A stretch of DNA of 28,154 nt from an uncultured Chromatiaceae bacterium (GTDB lineage: Bacteria > Pseudomonadota > Gammaproteobacteria > DRLM01), in contig CAZOTG010000001.1 in assembly GCA_964582585.1 (NCBI GenBank), positions 1 to 28,154 on the forward strand. The letters run 5' to 3'. A program made the translations under genes and the position numbers. Below the pieces are notes generated by a model. The model was not told the origin of the DNA, ran no database searches, and was given only the letters and a program-made list of their open reading frames with translations. Every line of letters starts with the position of its first letter. Within the stretch, counting starts at the first letter, position 1. Positions 8,132-16,667 of this stretch are shown here, piece by piece.

Positions 8132-8160
8132 TTCGCAAACTTGCCTGCAAAGGGTACTAT
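8132..8160 (+). promoter_or_regulatory. Candidate sigma-70 promoter for yicC
   Basis: TTCGCA-17 nt-TACTAT, ending 37 nt before ATG 8198. Confidence 0.4.
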
Positions 8161-8197
8161 GGCAAACCATTGATAGCGCTTATTGGGGGTATAGAAA

Positions 8198-9064
8198 ATG
8201 ATCCACAGCATGACCGCCTTCGCGCGCCGCGCGGGGGAGACCCCTTGGGGTGTGTTGACCTGGGAGCTGCGTACCGTGAATCACCGTTATCTGGAGATCT
8301 CGCCGCGCCTGCCCGAGGACCTCCGGGTGCTGGAATCCCAGGTGCGCGACCGTGTCAGTACCGCCCTGCAGCGCGGCAAGGTAGAGTGTCAGCTGCGTTT
8401 CCAGTCCCTAGCCCAGCAGTCTTCCGACTTCGCCCTTAATAAAGAGCTGATCACCCGCCTGACGGCGGCGGCGGCCGAGGTGGATCAAATGTCGGAGCGC
8501 CCGGCGCCGCTCAGTGCCCTGGACATCCTTCGCTGGCCCGGTGTCATCCAGGCGCCTCTCCCGGATCACGAACAAATGGCGGTGGCCGCGCTCCAGATTC
8601 TGGACGAAGCGCTGGCGGAGTTGCAGGCCACCCGCGCCCGCGAGGGTGCCAAACTCAAGGGACTGATCCTGCAGCGCTGTGACGCCGTGGCGGCCCAAGC
8701 CGCGGTCGCCGCCCAGCGCCTGCCCGAAGTACGTACCCGCCTGCGCGAAAAACTGTTGACGCGTTTGGCGGAGGTCAAATCCGAGTTGGATCCCATGCGC
8801 GTCGAACAGGAGATGGTGTTGCTCACCCAGCGTCTTGACGTGGAAGAAGAACTGGATCGTCTCACGGCGCACCTGGCGGAAGTAAAGCGCGTCCTGGGCC
8901 AGGCCGGCCCCGCCGGACGACGCCTGGATTTCCTGATGCAGGAACTGCATCGCGAGGCTAATACCCTGGGCTCCAAATCCGGCGACGTGGAGACCACCCG
9001 CGCTTCCATGGAGATGAAGGTGCTGATCGAGCAGATGCGGGAGCAGGTGCAGAATATTGAGTAG
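8198..9064 (+). CDS. yicC: YicC/YloC family endoribonuclease
   Basis: MIHSMTAFAR, WELRTVNHRYLE, EEELDRL..H, GRRLDFLMQEL.REANTLGSKS and EQMREQVQNIE; divergent from rph as is typical. Confidence 0.97.
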   Translation: MIHSMTAFARRAGETPWGVLTWELRTVNHRYLEISPRLPEDLRVLESQVRDRVSTALQRGKVECQLRFQSLAQQSSDFALNKELITRLTAAAAEVDQMSERPAPLSALDILRWPGVIQAPLPDHEQMAVAALQILDEALAELQATRAREGAKLKGLILQRCDAVAAQAAVAAQRLPEVRTRLREKLLTRLAEVKSELDPMRVEQEMVLLTQRLDVEEELDRLTAHLAEVKRVLGQAGPAGRRLDFLMQELHREANTLGSKSGDVETTRASMEMKVLIEQMREQVQNIE

Positions 9065-9153
9065 GGTATCGTTTGCGAGTGGTGTGGTTGGTATTCCGCC
9101 GTCTCCTGCATCAACAACATAAGTTTGCCTTACTCAATTCGGCTTGGTGAATC

Positions 9154-10686
9154 TTGGCGGGTGTGACCGCGTTGAGCCCGACACCGCACAATAAGGAATT
9201 CTTCGGCCATCCCAGCGGCCTGCGTACCCTGTTCTTCACCGAATTCTGGGAACGCTTCAGCTACTACGGCATGCGGGCGCTGTTGATCCTGTTTATGACC
9301 GCGCCGGCGGCGGCGGGCGGTCTGGGTTGGGATACGGCGCAGGCCGGCATGGTCTATGGGACCTATACCTCCCTGGTGTATCTGGTGGCGCTGCCCGGCG
9401 GCTGGCTCGCCGATCGCCTCATCGGTGCGCGCAAGGCGACGCTGTACGGCGGCATCGCCATCATGTGCGGACATATCTGTCTTGCCATGATCGGAATCGC
9501 CACCTTCTATCTTGGATTGGCCTTGATCGTCCTGGGCACGGGCTTGCTCAAACCCAACATCAGCAGCATGGTGGGGCAGTTGTACGGCGCCGAGGACCGG
9601 CGGCGCGATGCCGGCTTCTCTATCTATTATCTGGGGATCAATCTCGGCGCCTTCCTGGCGCCGCTGGTGACGGGCTGGCTCGCGCAGGGCGAGGGCTTCA
9701 AAACCCTGCTGGCTTCGTGGGGCATCACGCCCGAGACGTCCTGGCATTGGGGATTCGCCGCGGCGGCGGTGGGGATGGCGCTGGGTCTGGTTCAATATCT
9801 GGCGGGTGGCCGCCATCTGGGTGAGGTGGGATATTACCCGGCGCATGGGGAGCACGGGCTGTCGCCAAGCGACGCGCGCAAGCGTCTGTTCATCGCTGGC
9901 GGAACAGTGGCTGCGGCGATGGCGGGCATTGCGCTGCTGGCCTTCAACGGCATGCTGAGCGCCGCCGCAGTGACCAGCGGCGTCGGCTATCTGCTGCTGA
10001 TCGTTACCCTGGGATTCTTCGTGTGGTTGTTTGCTGCGAAATCCTGGACGGCGGCGGAGCGCAAGCAGTTGGTCGCTATCCTGGTGCTGTTCGTGGGTGC
10101 CGCGGTGTTCTGGTCCTTATTCGAGCAGGCGGGTTCCACGCTCAATCTGTTCGCGCAGCGCAGCACGCGCAATGAGATTCTGGGTTTTGTCTTCCCAGCC
10201 AGTTGGTGGCAATCGCTCAATTCCTTGTACATCATCCTGCTGGTGCCGTTGATGGCGTGGCTGTGGGTGCGGCTCGGGTCGAAAGATCCGTCGAGTCCCG
10301 CCAAGTTTACCTTTGGCCTGCTGTTCGCGGCTCTGGGATTCGGCGTGCTGGCGATAGCGGCGCAGTTCGCCGCCGATGGCGTGCGCGTCAGTCCAGCGTG
10401 GTTGGCGCTGGTTTACCTGCTGCACACCATCGGCGAGTTGTGTCTGAGCCCGGTGGGCTTGAGTGCCATGACCAGGCTGGCGCCGGCGCGGATCGCGGGT
10501 CTGGTGATGGGTGCCTGGTTCCTGGCAAGCTCGGTGGGCAATTATCTGGGCGGTGCCATGGCGAGCCTTTACGAGACTTTCGATTTACCGACGCTGTTTA
10601 CGGCGATCACGGTGGTGGCGCTGGCCGCCACCTTGCTCATGGCGCTGTCCATCAAGCCCGTCGCGCGCATGCTGGCGCGGCGTTAG
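9154..10686 (+). CDS. Proton-dependent oligopeptide transporter (POT/PTR family, MFS)
   Basis: FFGHPSGL..LFFTEFWERFSYYGMR (ExxERFxYY), GTGLLKPNIS, RRDAGFSIYY.GINLGA and TIGELCLSPVGLS. The start is uncertain (TTG 9154 or GTG 9163). Confidence 0.95.
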   Translation: MAGVTALSPTPHNKEFFGHPSGLRTLFFTEFWERFSYYGMRALLILFMTAPAAAGGLGWDTAQAGMVYGTYTSLVYLVALPGGWLADRLIGARKATLYGGIAIMCGHICLAMIGIATFYLGLALIVLGTGLLKPNISSMVGQLYGAEDRRRDAGFSIYYLGINLGAFLAPLVTGWLAQGEGFKTLLASWGITPETSWHWGFAAAAVGMALGLVQYLAGGRHLGEVGYYPAHGEHGLSPSDARKRLFIAGGTVAAAMAGIALLAFNGMLSAAAVTSGVGYLLLIVTLGFFVWLFAAKSWTAAERKQLVAILVLFVGAAVFWSLFEQAGSTLNLFAQRSTRNEILGFVFPASWWQSLNSLYIILLVPLMAWLWVRLGSKDPSSPAKFTFGLLFAALGFGVLAIAAQFAADGVRVSPAWLALVYLLHTIGELCLSPVGLSAMTRLAPARIAGLVMGAWFLASSVGNYLGGAMASLYETFDLPTLFTAITVVALAATLLMALSIKPVARMLARR

Positions 10687-11849
10687 TTGCCGGTGGCGGG
10701 CAGTTCCCGTTGCAGGGCATCGAACAAGGTGTCCAGATCCTCTTGGGAGTTGTAGGCCTGCACCGAGATGCGCAGAAATTGGCGTCCGTTCCATGCCATG
10801 CAGGGGATCTGAATCCCATATTGCTGGTACAGGCAGGTATTGAATGCCGTGAGATCGGGGATGGGCGGTAGAGCCAACACCGCCATCTGTTCGTAGAATC
10901 TGCCTTGGGGCGGGTATAAGGGGTTCAAGCCGGTCAATACCGAGGCGCGCCTCAAGGCCTCTGCCAACAGGAGATGGCAGTGTTCGCGCACTCGCGGCCA
11001 GTCATATTGCGCCTGAAACTCGATGGCCGCCGGTACCGAAAGATAGGCCGAGACATCGTTGGTACCCATGCATTGCAGGCTGTGGACGTAGTCGGACTCC
11101 GTCGTGGGTTTGCGTTCTTCGCCCCACCCCCAGCCGATGACCAGTGGCTCGATGAGGGCCTGACGATCGCGCCGGGTATAGAGAAAAGCGGCCCCCTTGG
11201 GGCTGCACAGCCATTTGTGGCAATTGCCCACGTAGAAGTCCGCGCCCAGGGCATCGAGGTCCAGCGCAATTTGCCCTGGGGCGTGGGCGCCGTCGATCAC
11301 CGTCATTATCCCCGCTTTGCGGGCGCGCCGGCATAGGGCCTCCACGGGGAGGCGCAGCGCCGTGGACGAAGTGATGTGGCTTAAAAAGAGTACCTTGGTG
11401 CGCGGCGTGACCCCAGCCCAGATCTCATCGACCATCGCCGCCTCGGAGGCGGGCGGAAATGACACTGCTTGTCTGAGGTAAGACGCTCCCCGCTTACGGC
11501 ACACATAGGACCACAGGTTGTTGATGGAGCCGTACTCATGATTGGTGGTCAGGACTTGATCGCCCGCCGCCAGCGGCAAGGCCTGGGCGATGATGTTGAG
11601 GCCGAAGGTGGCATTGGGGACGTAGACCAGCTCGTCGGCGCCGGCGTTGAGATAATGGCCCAGCGCGGTGCGGGCGGTTTGCAGCAGGGGCGGGAGTTGA
11701 TTGTTGATGAAGTCCGCGGGGTCCCGTTCCAGTTGCCGCTGCCAAGCCTGACAGGTGTCGAATACGGCCCTCGGCGTGGCGCCGTAGGAGCCGTGATTCA
11801 AATAAATGATTTCGGGATCGAGTAAGAACAGTTCTTTAAAGGGATTCAT
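10683..11849 (-). CDS. Class-V fold PLP-dependent enzyme (isopenicillin N epimerase / cysteine desulfhydrase / Egt2-like subgroup)
   Basis: YLNHGSYGATP, NATFGLN, IDGAHAPGQ (PLP Asp), VGNCHKWLCSPKG (Schiff-base Lys) and GT.D.SAYL. Substrate cannot be assigned. Confidence 0.88.
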   Translation of the reverse strand: MNPFKELFLLDPEIIYLNHGSYGATPRAVFDTCQAWQRQLERDPADFINNQLPPLLQTARTALGHYLNAGADELVYVPNATFGLNIIAQALPLAAGDQVLTTNHEYGSINNLWSYVCRKRGASYLRQAVSFPPASEAAMVDEIWAGVTPRTKVLFLSHITSSTALRLPVEALCRRARKAGIMTVIDGAHAPGQIALDLDALGADFYVGNCHKWLCSPKGAAFLYTRRDRQALIEPLVIGWGWGEERKPTTESDYVHSLQCMGTNDVSAYLSVPAAIEFQAQYDWPRVREHCHLLLAEALRRASVLTGLNPLYPPQGRFYEQMAVLALPPIPDLTAFNTCLYQQYGIQIPCMAWNGRQFLRISVQAYNSQEDLDTLFDALQRELPATGN

Positions 11850-11896
11850 CGCAAGGCGGTGGTTCTGTCGGGCCTGCGCGTCATTCTATACAATAC

Positions 11897-11935
11897 AAAA
11901 AAAGGGTGCCGCCCGAGACTCGAGGCGGCACCCTT
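11897..11935 (-). terminator. Intrinsic terminator of the Spy/CpxP-like gene
   Basis: 12-bp stem (AAGGGTGCCGCC 11902-11913 / GGCGGCACCCTT 11924-11935) with an A7 run at 11897-11903 that reads U7 on the minus strand; 35 nt past the stop. Confidence 0.85.
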
Positions 11936-11970
11936 GGTACTGTCTGCCTACACGGACGCGGTACGGACGC

Positions 11971-12576
11971 TTACATGCCCTTGTGCATCATGTCGCCGTG
12001 GCCCATGGGCATGTCACCGTGACCCTTGGGCATATCGCCATGCATATCACCCATCCCATGGCGGGGCTTTTTCCACATGTCCTTGAGGGTCTGCTTCTGT
12101 TCGGCGGTCAACATGGCCTTGATGTCGTGCAGTTGTTGCACGTAGGCGTGCCAGAGCTGGGACTCCATAGAGCCGACTTTGTCGATCAGGGCGTCGGTGG
12201 CCTTCACGTCGATATCCTCGGCAAAGATCGCCCGGGCGACGTCGCCGTAAGAGGCCTTGAGTTGTTCCTCGGTCTTGGCGTTCTTGTCTATATAATCATC
12301 GCGCAGCTTGGTGAGTTGTTTGATTTGATCGTCGGTCAAGTTCAGGGCCGAACGCATTTTCAGAAAATGCGAGGCGGCGTTGTGGGGTTGCATGGCCCGC
12401 ATGCCGTGTTCCATGCCATGCCCCATGCCGTGATCATAACCGCCGGACATGCCATGGCCTTCACCCATGCCGCGGTCGGCCCATGCGGGCGCCGAACCCA
12501 GGGTAAATAACATGGCCACGGCAACTAGGCCCGCGATAGCGCCACCGTGCTTGGCGCTTCTCTCGTGATTCATCAT
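11971..12576 (-). CDS. Periplasmic Spy/CpxP/ZraP-family protein with His/Met/Gly-rich termini
   Basis: Signal peptide ending AWA|D, two LTxxQ-type motifs (LNLTDDQ, MLTAEQK) around a helical core, and AGGAG upstream. Confidence 0.85.
   Translation of the reverse strand: MMNHERSAKHGGAIAGLVAVAMLFTLGSAPAWADRGMGEGHGMSGGYDHGMGHGMEHGMRAMQPHNAASHFLKMRSALNLTDDQIKQLTKLRDDYIDKNAKTEEQLKASYGDVARAIFAEDIDVKATDALIDKVGSMESQLWHAYVQQLHDIKAMLTAEQKQTLKDMWKKPRHGMGDMHGDMPKGHGDMPMGHGDMMHKGM
11974..12060 (-). repeat. In-frame tandem repeat encoding HGMGDM-HGDMPKG-HGDMPMG-HGDMMHKGM
   Basis: The last 29 codons contain 5 His and 8 Met in an imperfect 21-nt (7-aa) repeat. Confidence 0.85.
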
Positions 12577-12633
12577 ATCTATTGCTCCTGTGTGGGTATT
12601 GAAGTTGTTCGCTTACCGCCGTCACTCAGGGGA

Positions 12634-12642
12634 ATGATAGCA
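12634..12642 (-). promoter_or_regulatory. Candidate extended -10 (TG-C-TATCAT) for the Spy/CpxP-like gene
   Basis: TGCTATCAT on the minus strand 57 nt upstream of the ATG, with no canonical -35. Confidence 0.3.
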
Positions 12643-12755
12643 GTGGATATTCTCTAGCGCTTGCTTAGATCAGGCGCCTAGAGACTGGTTCCTGTTCGAT
12701 CGGCATGAACTTGGTGGAGGTTTGGCTGTAATGCTAGTCTATAATGAAACTTTGA

Positions 12756-12780
12756 TGTTCCCGATACGCTATCTGGAACA
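12756..12780. repeat. 25-bp near-perfect palindrome TGTTCC-c-GATA-cgc-TATC-t-GGAACA
   Basis: 10 of 11 positions pair. It starts 10 nt after a perfect plus-strand TATAAT (12740-12745). Confidence 0.6.
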
Positions 12781-12946
12781 AGGACAGGGTGGACAGGCAT
12801 CCTGTTACACAACAAGAAGTGTTTGTTGAAAAATTTAGAATTCCAAAACGCAACAAGACATTGAGTATGCCAATTGAGGCTAATTGCGCTAGTTGTATTG
12901 CCCGGCACGGCAATGCGTCGACGCCGTACTTGGGAAGGGAATGCTA

Positions 12947-13564
12947 ATGAAAGGCACCCTCTACATCATCTCCGCGCCTTCGGGGGCGGGCAAGACCAGC
13001 CTGGTGCGCGAGGTGTTGACCACGGTGCCGGGGGTGGCCCTGTCGGTGTCCCATACCACCCGCCCCATGCGGCCCGGGGAGCAGGACGGCGTTCATTATC
13101 ACTTCGTGACCGTCGCCAAGTTTCAAGAGATGATCGCGGCCGGCGCGTTTTTGGAATACGCCCAGGTCTTTGATAACTATTACGGAACGAGCAAGGCCGG
13201 GATCGACGCCCAGCTACGGAGCGGCCAGGACGTCATCCTGGAGATCGATTGGCAGGGCGCGCAGCAGGTGCGTCAGCTGTTTCCCGGGGTGGTTGCGATC
13301 TTCATTCTCCCCCCCTCGCAGGAGGTGCTGGAAAACCGCCTGCGGGCACGGGGCCAGGACAGCGAGGCGGTCATCGCTCGCCGCCTGCGCGAGGTGCGCA
13401 CGGAAATTTCCCATTGCAATGAATATGATTACCTCTTGGTCAATGAGGATTTCGGCCAGGCAGTGGCTGACCTGCAGTCCATCATGCGCGCCCGGAAATT
13501 ACATCGCGAGATCCAGGAGGAGGCGCTGCGCCCCCTGCTGGACAACCTCCTCAGGAAGTCCTGA
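12947..13564 (+). CDS. gmk: Guanylate kinase
   Basis: SAPSGAGKTSL, SVSHTTR..RPGE.DG.HY.F, NYYGTS and LEIDWQGAQQ. AGGGA lies 6 nt before ATG 12947. Confidence 0.98.
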   Translation: MKGTLYIISAPSGAGKTSLVREVLTTVPGVALSVSHTTRPMRPGEQDGVHYHFVTVAKFQEMIAAGAFLEYAQVFDNYYGTSKAGIDAQLRSGQDVILEIDWQGAQQVRQLFPGVVAIFILPPSQEVLENRLRARGQDSEAVIARRLREVRTEISHCNEYDYLLVNEDFGQAVADLQSIMRARKLHREIQEEALRPLLDNLLRKS

Positions 13565-13580
13565 GGATCCGCTTCAAGCA

Positions 13581-13610
13581 TTCCAAACCCGGTTGATATA
13601 AGGGTATACT
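13581..13610 (+). promoter_or_regulatory. Candidate sigma-70 promoter for rpoZ-spoT
   Basis: TTCCAA-18 nt-TATACT in the gmk-rpoZ gap. Confidence 0.3.
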
Positions 13611-13639
13611 TTCAAATCGAGCATTTCTTGGAGTACCTC

Positions 13640-13966
13640 ATGGCACGCGTTACTGTGGAAGATTGTCTGGATAATGTGGATAACCGTTTTCACCTGGTTC
13701 TGGTCGCCACGCGGCGGGCACGGCAACTGGCTAGGGGTACCAGTCAGCCCACCCTGCCCTGGGAAAACGACAAAAGCACCGTTATGGCCTTGCGTGAAAT
13801 CGCCTCCGGCAACATCAATGCCGCTATCCTGGACGAGATCAGCGCCGAGGAAGAGGCCCGCGCCGCCGAGATGAGCGAGTTGGAACGGGCCGAGATCGAG
13901 GCCGAAGTAGGCGAACAGATTGTTCCCCAGGCGGCGCCCGAACAGGGGGATGCCGGGGAGGAGTGA
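13640..13966 (+). CDS. rpoZ: RNA polymerase omega subunit
   Basis: [23 protein letters not shown] and DK.TV.ALREI. GGAG lies 6 nt upstream; acidic tail. Confidence 0.98.
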   Translation: MARVTVEDCLDNVDNRFHLVLVATRRARQLARGTSQPTLPWENDKSTVMALREIASGNINAAILDEISAEEEARAAEMSELERAEIEAEVGEQIVPQAAPEQGDAGEE

Positions 13967-14000
13967 TACTCTCCCCGCGGGTATCCTTGAATGAGCCGCC

Positions 14001-16235
14001 TTGAATAAGCCCGACCTTGCCCAAGCCCCTCTTCACACCGATCTAGATACCACCCAGTTATTAATCGGCGAGCTGTGCGCCATGCTCGCCGATTATCTCG
14101 ATGAGAGCCATATTGCCGATATCCGTCGCGCCTGCGATTTCGCGGCGGCGGTCCACCAAGGTCAGACCCGCGCCTCGGGAGAGCCGTACGTTCATCATCC
14201 CCTGGCGGTGGCGCGCATCCTGGCCGAGATGCGCATGGATCACCAAAGCATCCTGGCCGCCATCCTCCACGATGTCATTGAGGATACCCCCACCGCCAAG
14301 GAGCAGTTGGTCAGCCAGTTCGGCGAGGAGGTGGCGGAATTGGTGGACGGGGTCAGCAAGCTGACCCAGATTCGTTTCAGCAGCAAGGCCGAGGCCCAGG
14401 CCGAGAACTTCCGCAAGATGATGCTGGCCATGGTGCGCGACATCCGCGTCATCCTGGTGAAGTTCGCCGACCGGCTCCACAACATGCGTACCCTGGCGGC
14501 CCTGTCGCCCGCCAAGCGCCGCCGCATCTCCCGGGAAACCCTGGAAATCTACGTGCCCATCGCCAATCGCCTGGGGATGAACGCCATCCGTCTGGAACTG
14601 GAGGATCTGGGTTTCGCCGGCCTCTATCCCCTCCGCTACCGAGTGCTTACCGAGGCCATCAAAAAGAGCCGCGGCAACCGCAAGGAGGTGGTGCAGAAGA
14701 TCCAGGCGGTGATCGAGCAGCGCCTTCACGAGGAAGGGCTGCCATGCAAGTTGGTGGGTCGGGAAAAGCACCTCTACAGCATCTATCGCAAGATGCGCCA
14801 AAAGAACCTGCCCTTCTCCGAGGTGTTCGACGTCTATGCTTTCCGTATCGTAGTAGACAAAGTGGACAGCTGTTACCGGGTGCTGGGCGCGGTGCACAAC
14901 CTCTACAAGCCGGTCCCAGGCAAGTTCAAGGACTATATCGCCATCCCCAAGACCAACGGTTATCAGTCCCTGCACACGGTGTTGTTCGGTCCCTACGGCG
15001 TGCCCATCGAGGTGCAGATCCGCACCGAGGACATGGAAAAGGTCGCCGAGGCGGGGATCGCCGCCCACTGGTTGTACAAGTCCGGCGACACCAGCAGCGC
15101 CAGTGCCCATGCCCGCGCCCGGGAATGGCTGCGCGGCCTGCTTGAGATGCAGAAGAACGCCGGCAACTCCATGGAGTTTCTCGAAAACGTCAAGGTCGAC
15201 CTGTTCCCCGACGAGGTCTACGTGTTCACCCCCCGTGGCGAGATCATGAAACTGCCGCGCGGCGCCACCGCGGTGGACTTCGCTTATACCGTGCACACCG
15301 ACGTGGGCAACACCTGCGTGGCGGCCAAGATCGACCGGCGCCTGGCGCCGCTGCGCAGCCCCTTGAGCAACGGCCAGACCGTGGAGATCATCACCGCGCC
15401 CGGGGCGCGGCCCAATCCCGCCTGGCTGGGTTTCGTGGTGACGGGCAAGGCCCGCGGCAACATTCGCCATTACCTCAAGAACCTCAAGCGTGAGGAGGCC
15501 ATCCAATTGGGCCGGCGCTTGTTGGAGAAGGCCCTGGCGGGATCGCCGTTGAACTTCGAACAAATCCCGGCGGCGCGTCTGGAGTCGGTGGTGAAAGAGC
15601 TCAAATTCGCCAGTCTCGACGACCTGCTCGAGAGCATCGGCCTCGGCAACCGCATGGCGTCCCTGGTGGCCCGTTACCTGGTGACGGACAAGGATTCCCA
15701 GGACAAGACCTCGGGAACGCGTTCCGCGGCCTTGAAGAAGGTGTTTACCCGCTACGTGCCGGCCTGGTTGCGCGGCGGCCGCAACCACAGCCGCCCCCTG
15801 GCCATCCAGGGCACCGAGGGCATGGTGGTGACCTATGCCAAGTGCTGCCGGCCCATCCCCGGCGATCCCATCGTGGGTTTCGTCACTTCCGGGCGCGGCA
15901 TCGTGATCCACGTCGAGAATTGCAAAAACCTCACCGAGTATCGGAATCTTCCCGAAAAATGGATCGACGTGGCCTGGGAGACCGAGGTGCAGGGCGATTT
16001 CCCCGTGGAGATCCGCATGGAGGTGGCCAATCAACGGGGGGCCTTGGCCACGGTGGCGGCGACCGTTGCCGAGATGGACGCCAATATCGACAATGTCATC
16101 ATGGAGGAGCGGGACGGACGCTACAGTGCCCTGACCTTATTGATCGAAGTGCATGACCGCCGCCATTTGGCGCGCATCATGCGCCGGGTCCGTTCTCTCG
16201 ACATGGTGGCGAAAATAACCAGAACCAGAGGGTAA
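14001..16235 (+). CDS. spoT: Bifunctional (p)ppGpp synthetase/hydrolase SpoT
   Basis: Intact HD motif (LHDVIEDT), synthetase motifs (GREKHLYSIY, YQSLHT), TGS (VYVFTPRG), AKCCRPIPGD and a C-terminal ACT. The TTG start is uncertain. Confidence 0.97.
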   Translation: MNKPDLAQAPLHTDLDTTQLLIGELCAMLADYLDESHIADIRRACDFAAAVHQGQTRASGEPYVHHPLAVARILAEMRMDHQSILAAILHDVIEDTPTAKEQLVSQFGEEVAELVDGVSKLTQIRFSSKAEAQAENFRKMMLAMVRDIRVILVKFADRLHNMRTLAALSPAKRRRISRETLEIYVPIANRLGMNAIRLELEDLGFAGLYPLRYRVLTEAIKKSRGNRKEVVQKIQAVIEQRLHEEGLPCKLVGREKHLYSIYRKMRQKNLPFSEVFDVYAFRIVVDKVDSCYRVLGAVHNLYKPVPGKFKDYIAIPKTNGYQSLHTVLFGPYGVPIEVQIRTEDMEKVAEAGIAAHWLYKSGDTSSASAHARAREWLRGLLEMQKNAGNSMEFLENVKVDLFPDEVYVFTPRGEIMKLPRGATAVDFAYTVHTDVGNTCVAAKIDRRLAPLRSPLSNGQTVEIITAPGARPNPAWLGFVVTGKARGNIRHYLKNLKREEAIQLGRRLLEKALAGSPLNFEQIPAARLESVVKELKFASLDDLLESIGLGNRMASLVARYLVTDKDSQDKTSGTRSAALKKVFTRYVPAWLRGGRNHSRPLAIQGTEGMVVTYAKCCRPIPGDPIVGFVTSGRGIVIHVENCKNLTEYRNLPEKWIDVAWETEVQGDFPVEIRMEVANQRGALATVAATVAEMDANIDNVIMEERDGRYSALTLLIEVHDRRHLARIMRRVRSLDMVAKITRTRG

Positions 16236-16255
16236 GCCCAAGGGAGTATTAAGCA

Positions 16256-16639
16256 ATGGCTCGCGAGATCATCACCACCGCGGCGGCGCCCGCCGCCATC
16301 GGTACCTATTCTCAGGCGGTGAAGCTGGGCGATACCGTCTATCTTTCCGGACAGATACCCTTGGTGCCCGAGACCATGCAGCTGGTGGAGGGCGACATGG
16401 CCGCCCAGATCCGCCGGGTGTTCGACAATCTCCAGGCGGTGGCCGCGGCGGCGGGCGGGGGCCTGCAGGACATCGTTAAATTGAACATCTATCTCACCGA
16501 TCTCGCCCACTTCCCCCTGGTCAACGAGGTGATGGCGAGCTATTTCCGCGAACCCTATCCGGCGCGAGCCGCGGTCGGTGTCGCCGCCCTGCCCAAGGGC
16601 GCGGCGGTCGAGGCGGATGCAATCATGGTGTTGGGCTAG
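16256..16639 (+). CDS. ridA: RidA/YjgF family enamine/imine deaminase
   Basis: [38 protein letters not shown]. Confidence 0.93.
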   Translation: MAREIITTAAAPAAIGTYSQAVKLGDTVYLSGQIPLVPETMQLVEGDMAAQIRRVFDNLQAVAAAAGGGLQDIVKLNIYLTDLAHFPLVNEVMASYFREPYPARAAVGVAALPKGAAVEADAIMVLG

Positions 16640-16667
16640 TCTTGCGGCCCGGGTCGCGGGAACGGTG

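Noticed and set aside
12678-12908. 76-aa minus-strand ORF in the spacer before gmk
   Set aside because: No SD, no recognisable motif and atypical codon use. It does not resemble an integrase or transposase fragment by eye.
12860-12915. Sigma-54-like strings TGGCATACTCAATGT (minus) and CGGCACGGCAATGC (plus), of interest because zraP is sigma-54 dependent
   Set aside because: The first has GT instead of GC at -12. The second has 9-nt rather than 10-nt spacing.
13954-13977. Hairpin overlapping the rpoZ stop, and the long acidic RpoZ tail
   Set aside because: There is no U-tract, so it is not called a terminator. Variable acidic tails are common in omega subunits.
14061-16034. 657-aa antisense ORF opposite spoT, and similar long antisense ORFs opposite hemW, the MCP, rph, recG, ubiA, kdsD and rpoN
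   Set aside because: These mirror well-supported genes and show no recognisable motifs. They are the expected shadow of GC-rich codon bias.
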